From NCBI GenBank assembly GCA_028282145.1, contig JANQIN010000230.1, forward strand, positions 1 to 60,760: a stretch of 60,760 nt of DNA. Direction: 5' to 3'. The notes beneath the pieces were generated by a model. That model worked only from the letters and a program-made list of their open reading frames with translations. It did no database searches and had not been told where the DNA came from. Shown piece after piece: positions 16,918 through 25,651 of this stretch (position 1 is its first letter; each line of letters starts with the position of its first letter). Both the position numbers and the translations under genes were made by a program. This DNA comes from Thermodesulfobacteriota bacterium (GTDB lineage Bacteria; Desulfobacterota; Desulfuromonadia; Desulfuromonadales; Geopsychrobacteraceae).

Positions 16918-18438
16918 TCAAACGGTATCCAGGGGAATGCACACATGAACCGCAGTGCCCTCATTCACCGTACTCTCGATCGTCAGGCTGCCTCCCATCT
17001 TCCGCAGGGTATCATGGGCCACACTTAGTCCCAGCCCCGTCCCCTGTCCGGGTGGGCGAGTGGTAAAGAACGGTTCGAAGACCCGTTTCAGATCCTCTTC
17101 GGATATACCGACACCGTTGTCGTAGATTTCGCAGCACACCTTTTCCGACTCGGCCCAGGTCCGTATCCTGACCTGACGCTCTTCCACGGTGGGATATCGA
17201 TCCTTCACCGCCTGAACGGCGTTCAGCAAAAGATTCAGCAACACTTGATTCAGCTCACTGGCGTTCCCTCGCACAGCCGGGATATTGCCAAACTCCTCCA
17301 CAATATCCACCACATCCCGATATTCGTTCTGGGCCATCAGCAGAGTTGTCTTAAGCCCTTCGTTGAAATCGTAATCCACCTCTTCCTGGGTCTTGTCGAC
17401 CTGCGAAAAGACCTTGAGGTTCTGGACAATATCGGCGATTCGAGCCAATCCTTCACCGGTCTCTTCCAGAAGATCTCCCGCATCCTCCTGAACCATCCGG
17501 AGTTTTCGTTTGGCCAGGAATTTGTCGATCTCCTCGGCGTGAGGCAGCATCTCTTCGACATTAAAACTGAGGGCTGTCGATTTAAACTTCTGATATTCGT
17601 TGAGCGCTTCGGTGAACTTCTGAACATACTGGTCCAGCATTTTAAGGTTGCCCATGATAAAACCCAGAGGGTTGTTGATCTCATGGGCCACACCGGCAGC
17701 CAACTGTCCAATCCCGGCCAATTTCTCCTGCTGCACCATCTGCATCTGGGTGCGCTTCAATTCGTCGACTTTCTCCTGCAGTTGACTGGTGCGCTCCGCC
17801 ACTCGGTCTTCCAGCTCGGCGTTGACCCGAAGAATCGATTCTTTCCAATAGTTATGTTCTACCTGGAACTGAAAATAGTGGGACAGAAGCTTTCCGATGT
17901 TGAAGTAAATATGGGCGACATGCTCCAGGTGTTCCCAGCTATTGACATGGTGCTTGTCCAGGGCCGCCATGGCGGCATCTTTGTCGGCCACACCCAGCTC
18001 GTCCAGATAACGGCTCAAGTGGTCCCGAATGCCCTCATCGGCTTTCCGTGTAAAGGATTGCCCCCCACTGATATTGCCGATCCTTCGGCCAAAGAGAAGG
18101 ATGGGGGCTGTAAAATCAAAAATTCCCGCATGACATTTATACACCTGCGGCGTCTGCGTTTCCTCCCCGATCTTGCCTCGTTTGGCAGCCTCGGCTTTGC
18201 AACGTTTCGAACCTTCTTCGGTGGTACGAATATGCCTTCCGCAAAGTTCGGTGAAGCCACAATAGGCAAACACGGGTTGCCCATTAGGATCGGAAAGGGT
18301 TGTGGCAACATTGAACTGCTCTGACATCTGCAGAAAAAGATCTTTCAGAAGTGCTTTCTCGTCGGACGTGATCAGAGAAGAGATTTTGAGATTGTCTTCG
18401 CCCAAGTACGCAATCAATTCATCATGGATATCCGTCAT
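16918..18438 (-). CDS. Sensor histidine kinase with N-terminal PocR sensory domain
   Basis: PocR-like CGRHIR...RCKAEA...YKCHAGIFDF, H-box GVAHEINNPLGF, G-box GTGLGLS. Start at ATG 18438 (MTDIHDE) with GGAGGAA upstream. Confidence 0.85.
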   Translation of the reverse strand: MTDIHDELIAYLGEDNLKISSLITSDEKALLKDLFLQMSEQFNVATTLSDPNGQPVFAYCGFTELCGRHIRTTEEGSKRCKAEAAKRGKIGEETQTPQVYKCHAGIFDFTAPILLFGRRIGNISGGQSFTRKADEGIRDHLSRYLDELGVADKDAAMAALDKHHVNSWEHLEHVAHIYFNIGKLLSHYFQFQVEHNYWKESILRVNAELEDRVAERTSQLQEKVDELKRTQMQMVQQEKLAGIGQLAAGVAHEINNPLGFIMGNLKMLDQYVQKFTEALNEYQKFKSTALSFNVEEMLPHAEEIDKFLAKRKLRMVQEDAGDLLEETGEGLARIADIVQNLKVFSQVDKTQEEVDYDFNEGLKTTLLMAQNEYRDVVDIVEEFGNIPAVRGNASELNQVLLNLLLNAVQAVKDRYPTVEERQVRIRTWAESEKVCCEIYDNGVGISEEDLKRVFEPFFTTRPPGQGTGLGLSVAHDTLRKMGGSLTIESTVNEGTAVHVCIPLDTV

Positions 18439-18604
18439 CGCAACGTTCCTCCATCGAAGAGATCCCTCCATTCACTCAACACTCAGAATGAGAGCTTTAT
18501 AATTTTACTTGTTGAGCCCTATTCATTCAACTGCAAAAACCTCATCCTTCAATTTTTTTTTGACAAATCACATCAAAAAATAACGGGAGGAAAGGATTTC
18601 CGTA

Positions 18605-18634
18605 TTGCTATCGGTGGGGATTCCCCGGTAGAAT
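18605..18634 (+). promoter_or_regulatory. Candidate sigma70 promoter TTGCTA-N18-TAGAAT with an 11-bp palindrome GGGGATTCCCC in the spacer
   Basis: -35 at 18605-18610, -10 at 18629-18634, palindrome at 18616-18626. About 38 nt upstream of ATG 18672. Confidence 0.3.
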
Positions 18635-18671
18635 TTCGTCGCTTTGCTCTCGTATGTGGCACGGAGGCCTT

Positions 18672-18923
18672 ATGCAAAAGCCACCCGGAATAAGCCGATT
18701 CAAACAACTGCTTACTCAGGAGCTGTTCCGGCCGGTAGGCCGTCGCAAAAAAGGCGATCTGGAGCACTGCTCCGGCTGCAACGAGAAGGTGGACAGTCGG
18801 GATATGATGCCCGCGCCCGGCAAGGAATCGTCTCAGAAATGGTGCATCGATTGCGTCAACCGTTACCAGGATGACCTGGAGATGCAAAAAGGGGTCGACC
18901 TTGACACCCCTCGAACGTCCTGA
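18672..18923 (+). CDS. Small zinc-ribbon-like protein (83 aa), hypothetical
   Basis: GGAGG 5 nt before ATG 18672. CSGC...CIDC pairs. Codon usage resembles the neighbouring genes (no TTA/CTA/TCA). I recognise no family. Confidence 0.45.
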   Translation: MQKPPGISRFKQLLTQELFRPVGRRKKGDLEHCSGCNEKVDSRDMMPAPGKESSQKWCIDCVNRYQDDLEMQKGVDLDTPRTS

Positions 18924-18952
18924 CACCCCGCCTTCCCAACAGGAGTTGACCT

Positions 18953-19417
18953 ATGGACAGCATCAAGACAATCGCCCTGGTCGCCCACGACAACCGTAAA
19001 CAAGATTTGATCCAATGGGCAGAGTTCAATTATAAAACCCTGCTTCGACACAAACTGGTCTCGACCGGCACCACCGGAAAACTGGTGGAGGCAGCGATTA
19101 AAGATAAGCTGGGAGTCCAGGGGGAAGAGTTCTCGATTCTAAAACTGAAGTCCGGTCCCCTGGGAGGAGATCAGCAACTTGGCGCATTGATCTGTGAAGG
19201 CAAAGTCGATCTGGTGATCTTTCTGTGGGACCCGATGCAGCCCCAGCCGCACGATGTAGATGTGAAGGCCCTGCTGCGAATCGCGGTACTTTACAATGTC
19301 CCCATGGCCTGCAACCGGGCCGCTGCCGATTTTATGATCTCCTCTCCGTTACTTGACCAGCCCTACGAACCGGTTATCAAGGACTATTCGGCCTATATGG
19401 GACGGTTTGGCGTTTGA
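18953..19417 (+). CDS. mgsA: Methylglyoxal synthase
   Basis: IALVAHDNRK...STGTTG...SGPLGGDQQ...DPMQPQPHDVDV is collinear with MgsA. Confidence 0.92.
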   Translation: MDSIKTIALVAHDNRKQDLIQWAEFNYKTLLRHKLVSTGTTGKLVEAAIKDKLGVQGEEFSILKLKSGPLGGDQQLGALICEGKVDLVIFLWDPMQPQPHDVDVKALLRIAVLYNVPMACNRAAADFMISSPLLDQPYEPVIKDYSAYMGRFGV

Positions 19418-19453
19418 GCCCCCCGGGAGCATCCGCCACCCTCTCTCTTTTTT

Positions 19454-19713
19454 TTATTGCCCATGCAGAAGGTCGGGCGGACCGGAATCCTTCTCCAATT
19501 CGATCTCAAAGGTATTCATCCCGGGGGAAAATCGGTAGAGAACACTTTTTCTCCGCCGGGATCATAAAAGATTTCACCATTGACGATGACCCGGACCCTC
19601 GTCTCCCCTTTCTGTTGAACGGAAATGCGTCGCGTTTCCTCCGAATGAAAGGCGAAATTGTCGACCCAGGATGCTGCCCCAGACTTCTGAACCGGAGGAT
19701 TCTCGGGAGGATT
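19454..19713 (-). pseudogene. Frameshifted remnant of a second PA14-like domain downstream of the 19712..20485 gene
   Basis: No start codon. Two reading-frame pieces (19713..19516 and 19519..19454) translate to ...AASWVDNFAFHSEETRRISVQQKGETRVRVIVNGEIFYDPGGEKVFSTDFPPG / MNTFEIELEKDSGPPDLLHGQ. This parallels the C-terminal domain of the upstream protein (GASWIGHLQFDRRIRRTIRIMVNYGEARVFIAGREVF...FPAGLTTVEIDY). Confidence 0.55.
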
Positions 19714-20485
19714 AAAAACTCACCTGGAAATCGGCCGTATTCCAGCGGTTGATATAGTCGATTTCAACGGTTGTCAAACCGGCGGGGAACAGATAGTCGA
19801 ACTCCCCCGAATTTCTGCCGCGAAACACCTCTCGTCCGGCAATAAACACTCGGGCTTCGCCATAATTCACCATGATCCTGATGGTGCGCCGGATGCGACG
19901 GTCAAACTGAAGATGGCCGATCCAACTGGCGCCGAATCTGTCGGCCCGAATACCGTACCGGTTCTTCTCGGAAAAATCGACCCGGACCGACTTCGTGTAT
20001 TCCATGGCAACAGGGGTGGTGACATCGTCGGTATCCAGGTACGTGACGCGGAACATGTCGACCGGAGCGTCTCCCAGGCTATCGAAATTCCGACTCCAGC
20101 GAGAGCCACGCATTTTGACCGGCATCAGAACCCCTTCGTCAACAAGCTCGATATTCGGGCCGTTCTCTTGAGCAGAAGCCGGACCGGTTGACGGGACCGA
20201 AGACGATGGAGGCTCGGGTGGAACTTTCTGTGGATCGGCAAGGGAAGCCGATTCTTCCGACTCGTCCTCAAAAACCAGAGCGACCTCCTCGACTGCAGAG
20301 GTCGCATCACCTGCCTGTGCTTCCAGGGGAGGCGGTTCCACCGGCCGAGAGTCCGGTCGATAGAAAACCATACTCAGAAGGATGATCATGATGGCCAGTA
20401 GAAGAAAGCCGAAGAATAAAAAGGAGAAGACCGAAGAGTTGCCTGAGATCTTGTCCTGCCGTTTGGTATAGGACTTGTTGTTCAT
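19712..20485 (-). CDS. Single-pass membrane protein with Pro/Ser-rich linker and PA14-like beta domain
   Basis: N-terminal TM (FSFLFFGFLLLAIMIILLSMVF), a low-complexity linker, and a C-terminal domain with the ASW-G...F...G..RV.I.G pattern. Confidence 0.65.
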   Translation of the reverse strand: MNNKSYTKRQDKISGNSSVFSFLFFGFLLLAIMIILLSMVFYRPDSRPVEPPPLEAQAGDATSAVEEVALVFEDESEESASLADPQKVPPEPPSSSVPSTGPASAQENGPNIELVDEGVLMPVKMRGSRWSRNFDSLGDAPVDMFRVTYLDTDDVTTPVAMEYTKSVRVDFSEKNRYGIRADRFGASWIGHLQFDRRIRRTIRIMVNYGEARVFIAGREVFRGRNSGEFDYLFPAGLTTVEIDYINRWNTADFQVSF

Positions 20486-20617
20486 ACCCCCTCCAACAGA
20501 AAATGCACGGATATAAAATAAGACAAAAAACGAATAGCGTCAAAGGGTTAGAGTCAAGTAGGATGGTAGGGCAAGAGGTCTTGAGCACTGTCGCAAACCG
20601 GCTTGAGGGGTGGACGA

Positions 20618-21307
20618 ATGAAGAGTACGTTGAACAAATTGATCGATGCTTTTGTAACCCTGTGGTTTCTTCTGACACCACAGAAGGCGTTCTGCAAACA
20701 GGCCCGCAAACCCAACGGTGCCATCGGGCGTTTTATGATGACCCGGATTTTCCTACGCGGAAACGATCCGCTCAACCGATTCACCCTGGACTGTCTGAAC
20801 CCAAAGCCAACCGACCATGTACTGGATATCGGCTTCGGCCCTGGGAAATGGCTCGGCGAGATCGTGAACCGGGTTCCGCAAGGCAAGGTGAATGGCATCG
20901 ACTTTTCCGAAGCCATGGTGCGTCAGGCAACAAAGACTCTTCAAGCCTCCATCGATGCCGGGCGAGTTGCACTGGTTCATGGCGATTGCCGTAAAATGCC
21001 CTACGCCGACAACACCTTTGACAAGGTATTCAGTGTCAACACCCTTTATTTCTGGACCGACCTGGAGGGTTACTTCCAGGAGATCTGCCGGGTTCTGAGG
21101 CCAGGAGGGCGGGTTGTCATTGGTTTTAAAGACAAAGAGCAGCTTCTTCACTTCAATCTGACCGAGGAGGTCTTTTGCTATTACACCCGGGAGGAGGTTG
21201 TGACTGCAATCAAGCGGGCGGGGTTCGACGATGCACATATTCGGGAACGTGAGGAGAATCCGTTCTCCTCCTATTGTGCTGTCGCCACAAAAGTCGGCTC
21301 CGAATAA
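20618..21307 (+). CDS. Class I SAM-dependent methyltransferase
   Basis: Motif I VLDIGFGPGKW and post-I/II motifs (FDKVFSVNTLYF, LRPGGRVVI). The start at ATG 20618 is uncertain. Confidence 0.8.
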   Translation: MKSTLNKLIDAFVTLWFLLTPQKAFCKQARKPNGAIGRFMMTRIFLRGNDPLNRFTLDCLNPKPTDHVLDIGFGPGKWLGEIVNRVPQGKVNGIDFSEAMVRQATKTLQASIDAGRVALVHGDCRKMPYADNTFDKVFSVNTLYFWTDLEGYFQEICRVLRPGGRVVIGFKDKEQLLHFNLTEEVFCYYTREEVVTAIKRAGFDDAHIREREENPFSSYCAVATKVGSE

Positions 21308-21341
21308 CGGACATCATCCGTAGATCGCGTAAACTGGAACC

Positions 21342-21965
21342 ATGACCGACTTGCATTTCACCTATTGTGACACTCATCTCTGGTGGGGCATCCATCAACC
21401 GACCAACGTTCTGAGCAACCTGGTCTTTATCCTTCTGGCGATCTGGGTGTGGCAGCAACCTTCTGCCCGCTGGCACCGTTTCGGCCTGCTGGCCATTGCC
21501 GCCGGCTCGGTTGTCTGGCACCATACGGCGCTTTCCTGGGCTCTGTGGCTCGATATCGGCACGATTGCTCTGTGGGCCTTTCTGTTTGCCGTCGATACCG
21601 CCCGTGTCACCCAAAGACCGGCCTGGATTTTTCTGCTGAGTGCTGCCGGTGCACTGATGGTCTCCGCAGCCGCAGGAAGGCTTCTCGCAGGTCCCCTGCC
21701 CCTGCTGTCGGGTGCTTTCATACCCTTCGCCGCCCTTTTACTCAGCGGGGCTCTGTCCTCACGATTGCGGCCGCCGGTCCGAAGAACCTTTCTCTTCAGT
21801 CTGGCGATGATTCTCCTGGCGATGGTCATGCGGGAGATCGATCTTCTGGGATGCAGTGAAGGTGCCATCGGAACCCATTGGCTCTGGCACACGGCCGCCG
21901 GCCTCTCTCTGTTGGCCCCGATTCGCTTTCTTATCGACCTGGATCAGGGAGAAAAACGAGTCTGA
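21342..21965 (+). CDS. Polytopic membrane protein, ceramidase-like family (tentative)
   Basis: YCDTHLWWGIHQPTNVLSNLVF resembles the N-terminal motif of the alkaline-ceramidase family. Seven hydrophobic segments with conserved His residues. Confidence 0.5.
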   Translation: MTDLHFTYCDTHLWWGIHQPTNVLSNLVFILLAIWVWQQPSARWHRFGLLAIAAGSVVWHHTALSWALWLDIGTIALWAFLFAVDTARVTQRPAWIFLLSAAGALMVSAAAGRLLAGPLPLLSGAFIPFAALLLSGALSSRLRPPVRRTFLFSLAMILLAMVMREIDLLGCSEGAIGTHWLWHTAAGLSLLAPIRFLIDLDQGEKRV

Positions 21966-24265
21966 CGACGGAACAGTTCTTTCACCTTCTCCACCTCCAG
22001 AGGAAACTGAATCAGATCACCGCGGGCCCACAGGGAGACCTGGTCGGAAAAGTTGGTGGAATGAAAGGCGCCGTCCTGGCCGCCGAAGAGGACGAAATAA
22101 TTGGCGTTGGGATCGCTCATATCCGACAGATGGCGGGACTGGCTGCCGAAGGAGGAGGGATGTTTCTCCACAGTCATGGTCCCGACCGATTTGAATACGG
22201 TTTCCACCGAACCTGGGATAGGCAGATCGTAAAGACGGAATGAGCGCCCCAGGTAAGGCACTCTCCCGAGCAGGTGTTCGACGTTGACCCGGTGGATGTC
22301 CCCCCAGGTTTTCCCGTCACGTGCCAGCGGGGAAGCTTTCTGAAGAGCACGGAGCAGCAGGCGCCTTACCAGAGTCGGGTCGGCCTCCGACATATCTTTC
22401 TGCAACTGCTCGGGCAGATAGGTCGTTGCCCACCAGAGCTGATCCTCCCCAGACCGGTCCATGGTCTCGTAAAACTTTGGAGCAAACTCCGCCACCACCG
22501 CCTGGTGCAGATAGGCTCCCTTGGAATCCACCGAATAATGGCCGTCCCAGGACGACAGATGCCGCACCACAGGCCCTGCTCCGGTTGGCAGCTTCTGCCC
22601 CTTGACCAGGGCCACCATCGCCCGACTCAACCGATGATTGCTCAGGCTGTAGGCGTCCCGCTGGAGCCGCTTCAACTCCGCCAAAGACCATTTCTCCTGA
22701 CCGGCCAGTCGTTCATAGATCCTGAGAATCCGATCTTCCCGCGGGAAGGTCCATCCCAGTCGGGTTGGGGGAGTCCGGGCCGGTCGGTTGTTGCTGGAAG
22801 CGATCACCCCGTCAGGCGGGTTAATGATAAAGGGGAGATCTTCAACCGTCAGTATTCGTTGCCAGGCCCGATCACTTTCTTCGGGCATCATCCAGATATC
22901 TTTGGGAAAGTCGGTTTTTCGGGCAGGAACCCAGGCACCGAGAATATGCCCGATGGCTCCATCACGGTCGGCAAAGATCAGGTTTTGCCCAGGCATCGCG
23001 TAGTCCCGAAGGGATGCCTTGATATCCTGCCACCCCTTGGCGCGCATCACGCGCAACATGGACGTGATGTCGTCACTGATCTGGTGCCCCATCCAGCGGA
23101 TGGCAAAATCCCGGCCTTCCGGAAAGGAGAACAGCGAGGTGTCGGAAATCACCGGGCCATAGGGAGACAGTCGGTTGGTCACGGTTTTGTCCCAGAGAAA
23201 CCGCCGCTTGATCGTATGCGTCTCGGTGGTCATCCCTTCGAGCCCGGTCACTTCTACAAGATCGGACGACCATTGACGCATATTGGTCCCGCCCCAGGCG
23301 ATTTCAGGGTTCCGTCCCAGAGCGATCACGGGAATTCCGACCGGCATCAGTCCTACGGCGTGATAACTGGGGGATTTGACCCCCGCCAGAACCCAGAGGT
23401 TCGGCAGGGTAAATCCGAGATGAGGGTCGTTAGCCAACAGAGCGCCACCGGAGCGGGAGCGAGAGGCCGATACCGCCATCGAGTTGCTGCCGGTCCGTGC
23501 AAAGGGTTCCAGAAGAGAGGAAAAGAGATCGGCCTGAGGATGGCTCGCCAGTTTTGTGACGTGCTCCGGCGAGGAAAGACTGGCAAAGGAGGTGACTTTC
23601 TCTTTCTGGGTGGCGGCAAACCGCTGCCAGATTTGAGGCCAGTCTTTCTTTCCCCGGAAAGGCAGGAGTTTCAGCAGAGCCGTCCAGTTGATATCGGCCG
23701 CTCCCAGGCGCCCCAACTGGACGCTGTCCTCCATCGTCCAGGGTTCATTATTCATCCCCAACAGGCCCATCTCGCGGGGCAGGACACGAACATGGGATTT
23801 ATAGAAGTTGATTCCTTCGACGTAGGCTTCCAGCCACTGTCGCCCTTCAGGAGGCATCCGGTCAACAATGGGTTGGGCTGACCGGCCAAAGCCCAACGCA
23901 CGAAGGGCCGCATCGATATCGGTCGTGAAGGGTCCGGCCATTTCGGACAAGCGCCCTGTCGCAATCCTTTTGCCCATCTCCATCTGCCCCAACCGCAGAT
24001 GGGCATGCACCAGTCCCATCGCCAAAGCGGCATCCCGGTCGGTCTTGGCGTCGATAAAGGGGATCTGATGCTCGTTCCAATAGATGGTGACCGGCTGCTC
24101 AAACGGAGGAGAGGGCAGGGAATCCAGCAGCCCCAAGCGTTCTTGAGTACTGACAACAACCGTTCCGGGAAAGGACGTCAACCCCACACAGCCTGCAGCG
24201 ACGATCAGGGTCAGAAGAATCAGGATGCGAACAGACCGTGATTTGAAGGACATAGACGACCTCAT
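21944..24265 (-). CDS. Penicillin-amidase/AHL-acylase family Ntn hydrolase, lipoprotein
   Basis: Lipobox LIVAAGC. GSNSMAVS...LLANDPHLGF around the expected nucleophile Ser. 773 aa, the typical size. Confidence 0.9.
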   Translation of the reverse strand: MRSSMSFKSRSVRILILLTLIVAAGCVGLTSFPGTVVVSTQERLGLLDSLPSPPFEQPVTIYWNEHQIPFIDAKTDRDAALAMGLVHAHLRLGQMEMGKRIATGRLSEMAGPFTTDIDAALRALGFGRSAQPIVDRMPPEGRQWLEAYVEGINFYKSHVRVLPREMGLLGMNNEPWTMEDSVQLGRLGAADINWTALLKLLPFRGKKDWPQIWQRFAATQKEKVTSFASLSSPEHVTKLASHPQADLFSSLLEPFARTGSNSMAVSASRSRSGGALLANDPHLGFTLPNLWVLAGVKSPSYHAVGLMPVGIPVIALGRNPEIAWGGTNMRQWSSDLVEVTGLEGMTTETHTIKRRFLWDKTVTNRLSPYGPVISDTSLFSFPEGRDFAIRWMGHQISDDITSMLRVMRAKGWQDIKASLRDYAMPGQNLIFADRDGAIGHILGAWVPARKTDFPKDIWMMPEESDRAWQRILTVEDLPFIINPPDGVIASSNNRPARTPPTRLGWTFPREDRILRIYERLAGQEKWSLAELKRLQRDAYSLSNHRLSRAMVALVKGQKLPTGAGPVVRHLSSWDGHYSVDSKGAYLHQAVVAEFAPKFYETMDRSGEDQLWWATTYLPEQLQKDMSEADPTLVRRLLLRALQKASPLARDGKTWGDIHRVNVEHLLGRVPYLGRSFRLYDLPIPGSVETVFKSVGTMTVEKHPSSFGSQSRHLSDMSDPNANYFVLFGGQDGAFHSTNFSDQVSLWARGDLIQFPLEVEKVKELFRRQTRFSP

Positions 24266-24328
24266 GGTCCAGCGACGACTCTCCCTTTGTCCTGTGAGTA
24301 CAAGCCAGGGTCCCTGCCCATTTACCGA

Positions 24329-24703
24329 TCAGGCACTGAAAAAGGGCGAGTCTTTCCGATGGATGACAAAAGCGGCTGCACTGCAGACAAAGACCACAAT
24401 CGCCATTCCGAAGAGGGTGCCACCATCGTTGGCGACTTCGATTCCCAGTACAAACAGATGGCTCAGTATGGCTCCTGCCATGATCCCCATGGCTCCCAGG
24501 GCACCCATCCAGGCGGTCCGGGGTACCAATAAAAGAAGGGCCACAACAAGTTCGGCAATGCCGGAGGCATAGCGTCCAAGAGGTTCGACCCCAAGCTGAG
24601 AGAAGATCGCGACGCTTTCCTCGGCACCGGTAAATTTAAAAAAAAGCGTTTGTAACAGAATCACAGCCGGCACAATACGAAGAATCCAGTCCATTGCTTT
24701 CAT
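24329..24703 (-). CDS. DoxX-family membrane protein, paralog C
   Basis: Four TM helices. FKFTGAEESVAIFSQLGVEP...PRTAWMGALG...GAILSHL. Start moved to the second ATG (24703, MKAMDW) because GGAGG lies 5 nt upstream and it aligns with paralog B. Confidence 0.8.
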   Translation of the reverse strand: MKAMDWILRIVPAVILLQTLFFKFTGAEESVAIFSQLGVEPLGRYASGIAELVVALLLLVPRTAWMGALGAMGIMAGAILSHLFVLGIEVANDGGTLFGMAIVVFVCSAAAFVIHRKDSPFFSA

Positions 24704-24845
24704 CAGAGCCTCCATAAAAAGGGTACCACACCCCGACCGAAATCTGGCCGTCGGGGACGGGCTGCTCCAGGGAGCAACCCCAGTCTATCGGGCGCAAGCC
24801 ATGTCCCTTTAAAGACCGGATAAAGAATCGGTAAATCTTCTCACA

Positions 24846-25208
24846 TCAGTCTTCCACCACAAAAGTAACGTCCCGCCGATGAATCAGGAAGGCGGTCAGG
24901 CAGCAAACGAAAACCACCACTGCCAGCGCAAACAGCAGGTTGATTCCAAGAACCAGCAGGTGACTGAGAATCGCACCCCCCATGAGAACCATCCCGCAAA
25001 TGCCGCCCAGCCAGGCGGTGCGCGGAATTACCAGCAGAAAAATCACGATCGCTTCTACCAGAGCAGTCCCGACCCGTCCCCAAGGTTCGACACCCAGCCG
25101 GGAAAAGAGATCGACACTTTCCGGTGCGTTGCCGAATTTAAAGACCAGGCTCCACAAAAGGATTGCAGAGGCAACAGATCGAACGGTCCAGTCCAGAACT
25201 TTGATCAT
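24846..25208 (-). CDS. DoxX-family membrane protein, paralog B
   Basis: MIKVLDWTV...FKFGNAPESVDLFSRLGVEP...PRTAWLGGICG...GAILSHL. AGGAG RBS before ATG 25208. Lacks the EV.xDGG segment present in paralogs A and C. Confidence 0.8.
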   Translation of the reverse strand: MIKVLDWTVRSVASAILLWSLVFKFGNAPESVDLFSRLGVEPWGRVGTALVEAIVIFLLVIPRTAWLGGICGMVLMGGAILSHLLVLGINLLFALAVVVFVCCLTAFLIHRRDVTFVVED

Positions 25209-25255
25209 GGCGAACTCCTGTACGGCTCCAGCTCCGCAGGAGGTCTTGAAAACCT

Positions 25256-25651
25256 CTAAAATGTATGGCCGATCAGCGGCAATTTCTTCCGATGAATCCA
25301 CATGACAACCAGAGTGGAGAGAATCACCAGAAGCATCAGACTGACCAGCAGGCCGCCGTCACCCTGGACTTCCATGCCCAGGGTGAACGTATGGGCCAGC
25401 AAGGCGCCGAGCATCGTCCCAAAACCCAGAATGGCACCGTAGTGGGGCATCTTGGTCAGCAACAGCACGGCGGCCACCCCTTCGATCACGGCAATCACAA
25501 GACGGGTCCCTTCAATCCCCAGGGTCTGGAAAACATAGACGCTTTCCTGAGCTCCGGAAAATTTCATCAACGCGGCATAGCCCAGGATAAAGGCGGCGAT
25601 CAACTGGAACGCCAGTGAAACCCCCTTGACCGTCGGTGACAGAGTTTCCAT
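25256..25651 (-). CDS. DoxX-family membrane protein, paralog A
   Basis: MKFSGAQESVYVFQTLGIE...GALLAHTFTLGMEVQGDGG. Its ATG shares one nt with the stop of the upstream FMN protein (TGATG). Confidence 0.8.
   Translation of the reverse strand: METLSPTVKGVSLAFQLIAAFILGYAALMKFSGAQESVYVFQTLGIEGTRLVIAVIEGVAAVLLLTKMPHYGAILGFGTMLGALLAHTFTLGMEVQGDGGLLVSLMLLVILSTLVVMWIHRKKLPLIGHTF

Noticed and set aside
18657-18675. TGGCAC sequence suggesting a sigma54 -24 element upstream of the small zinc-ribbon ORF.
   Set aside because: The nearest GC of a would-be -12 element (TATGC) is 16 nt from the GG instead of 12. It also overlaps the RBS and start codon.
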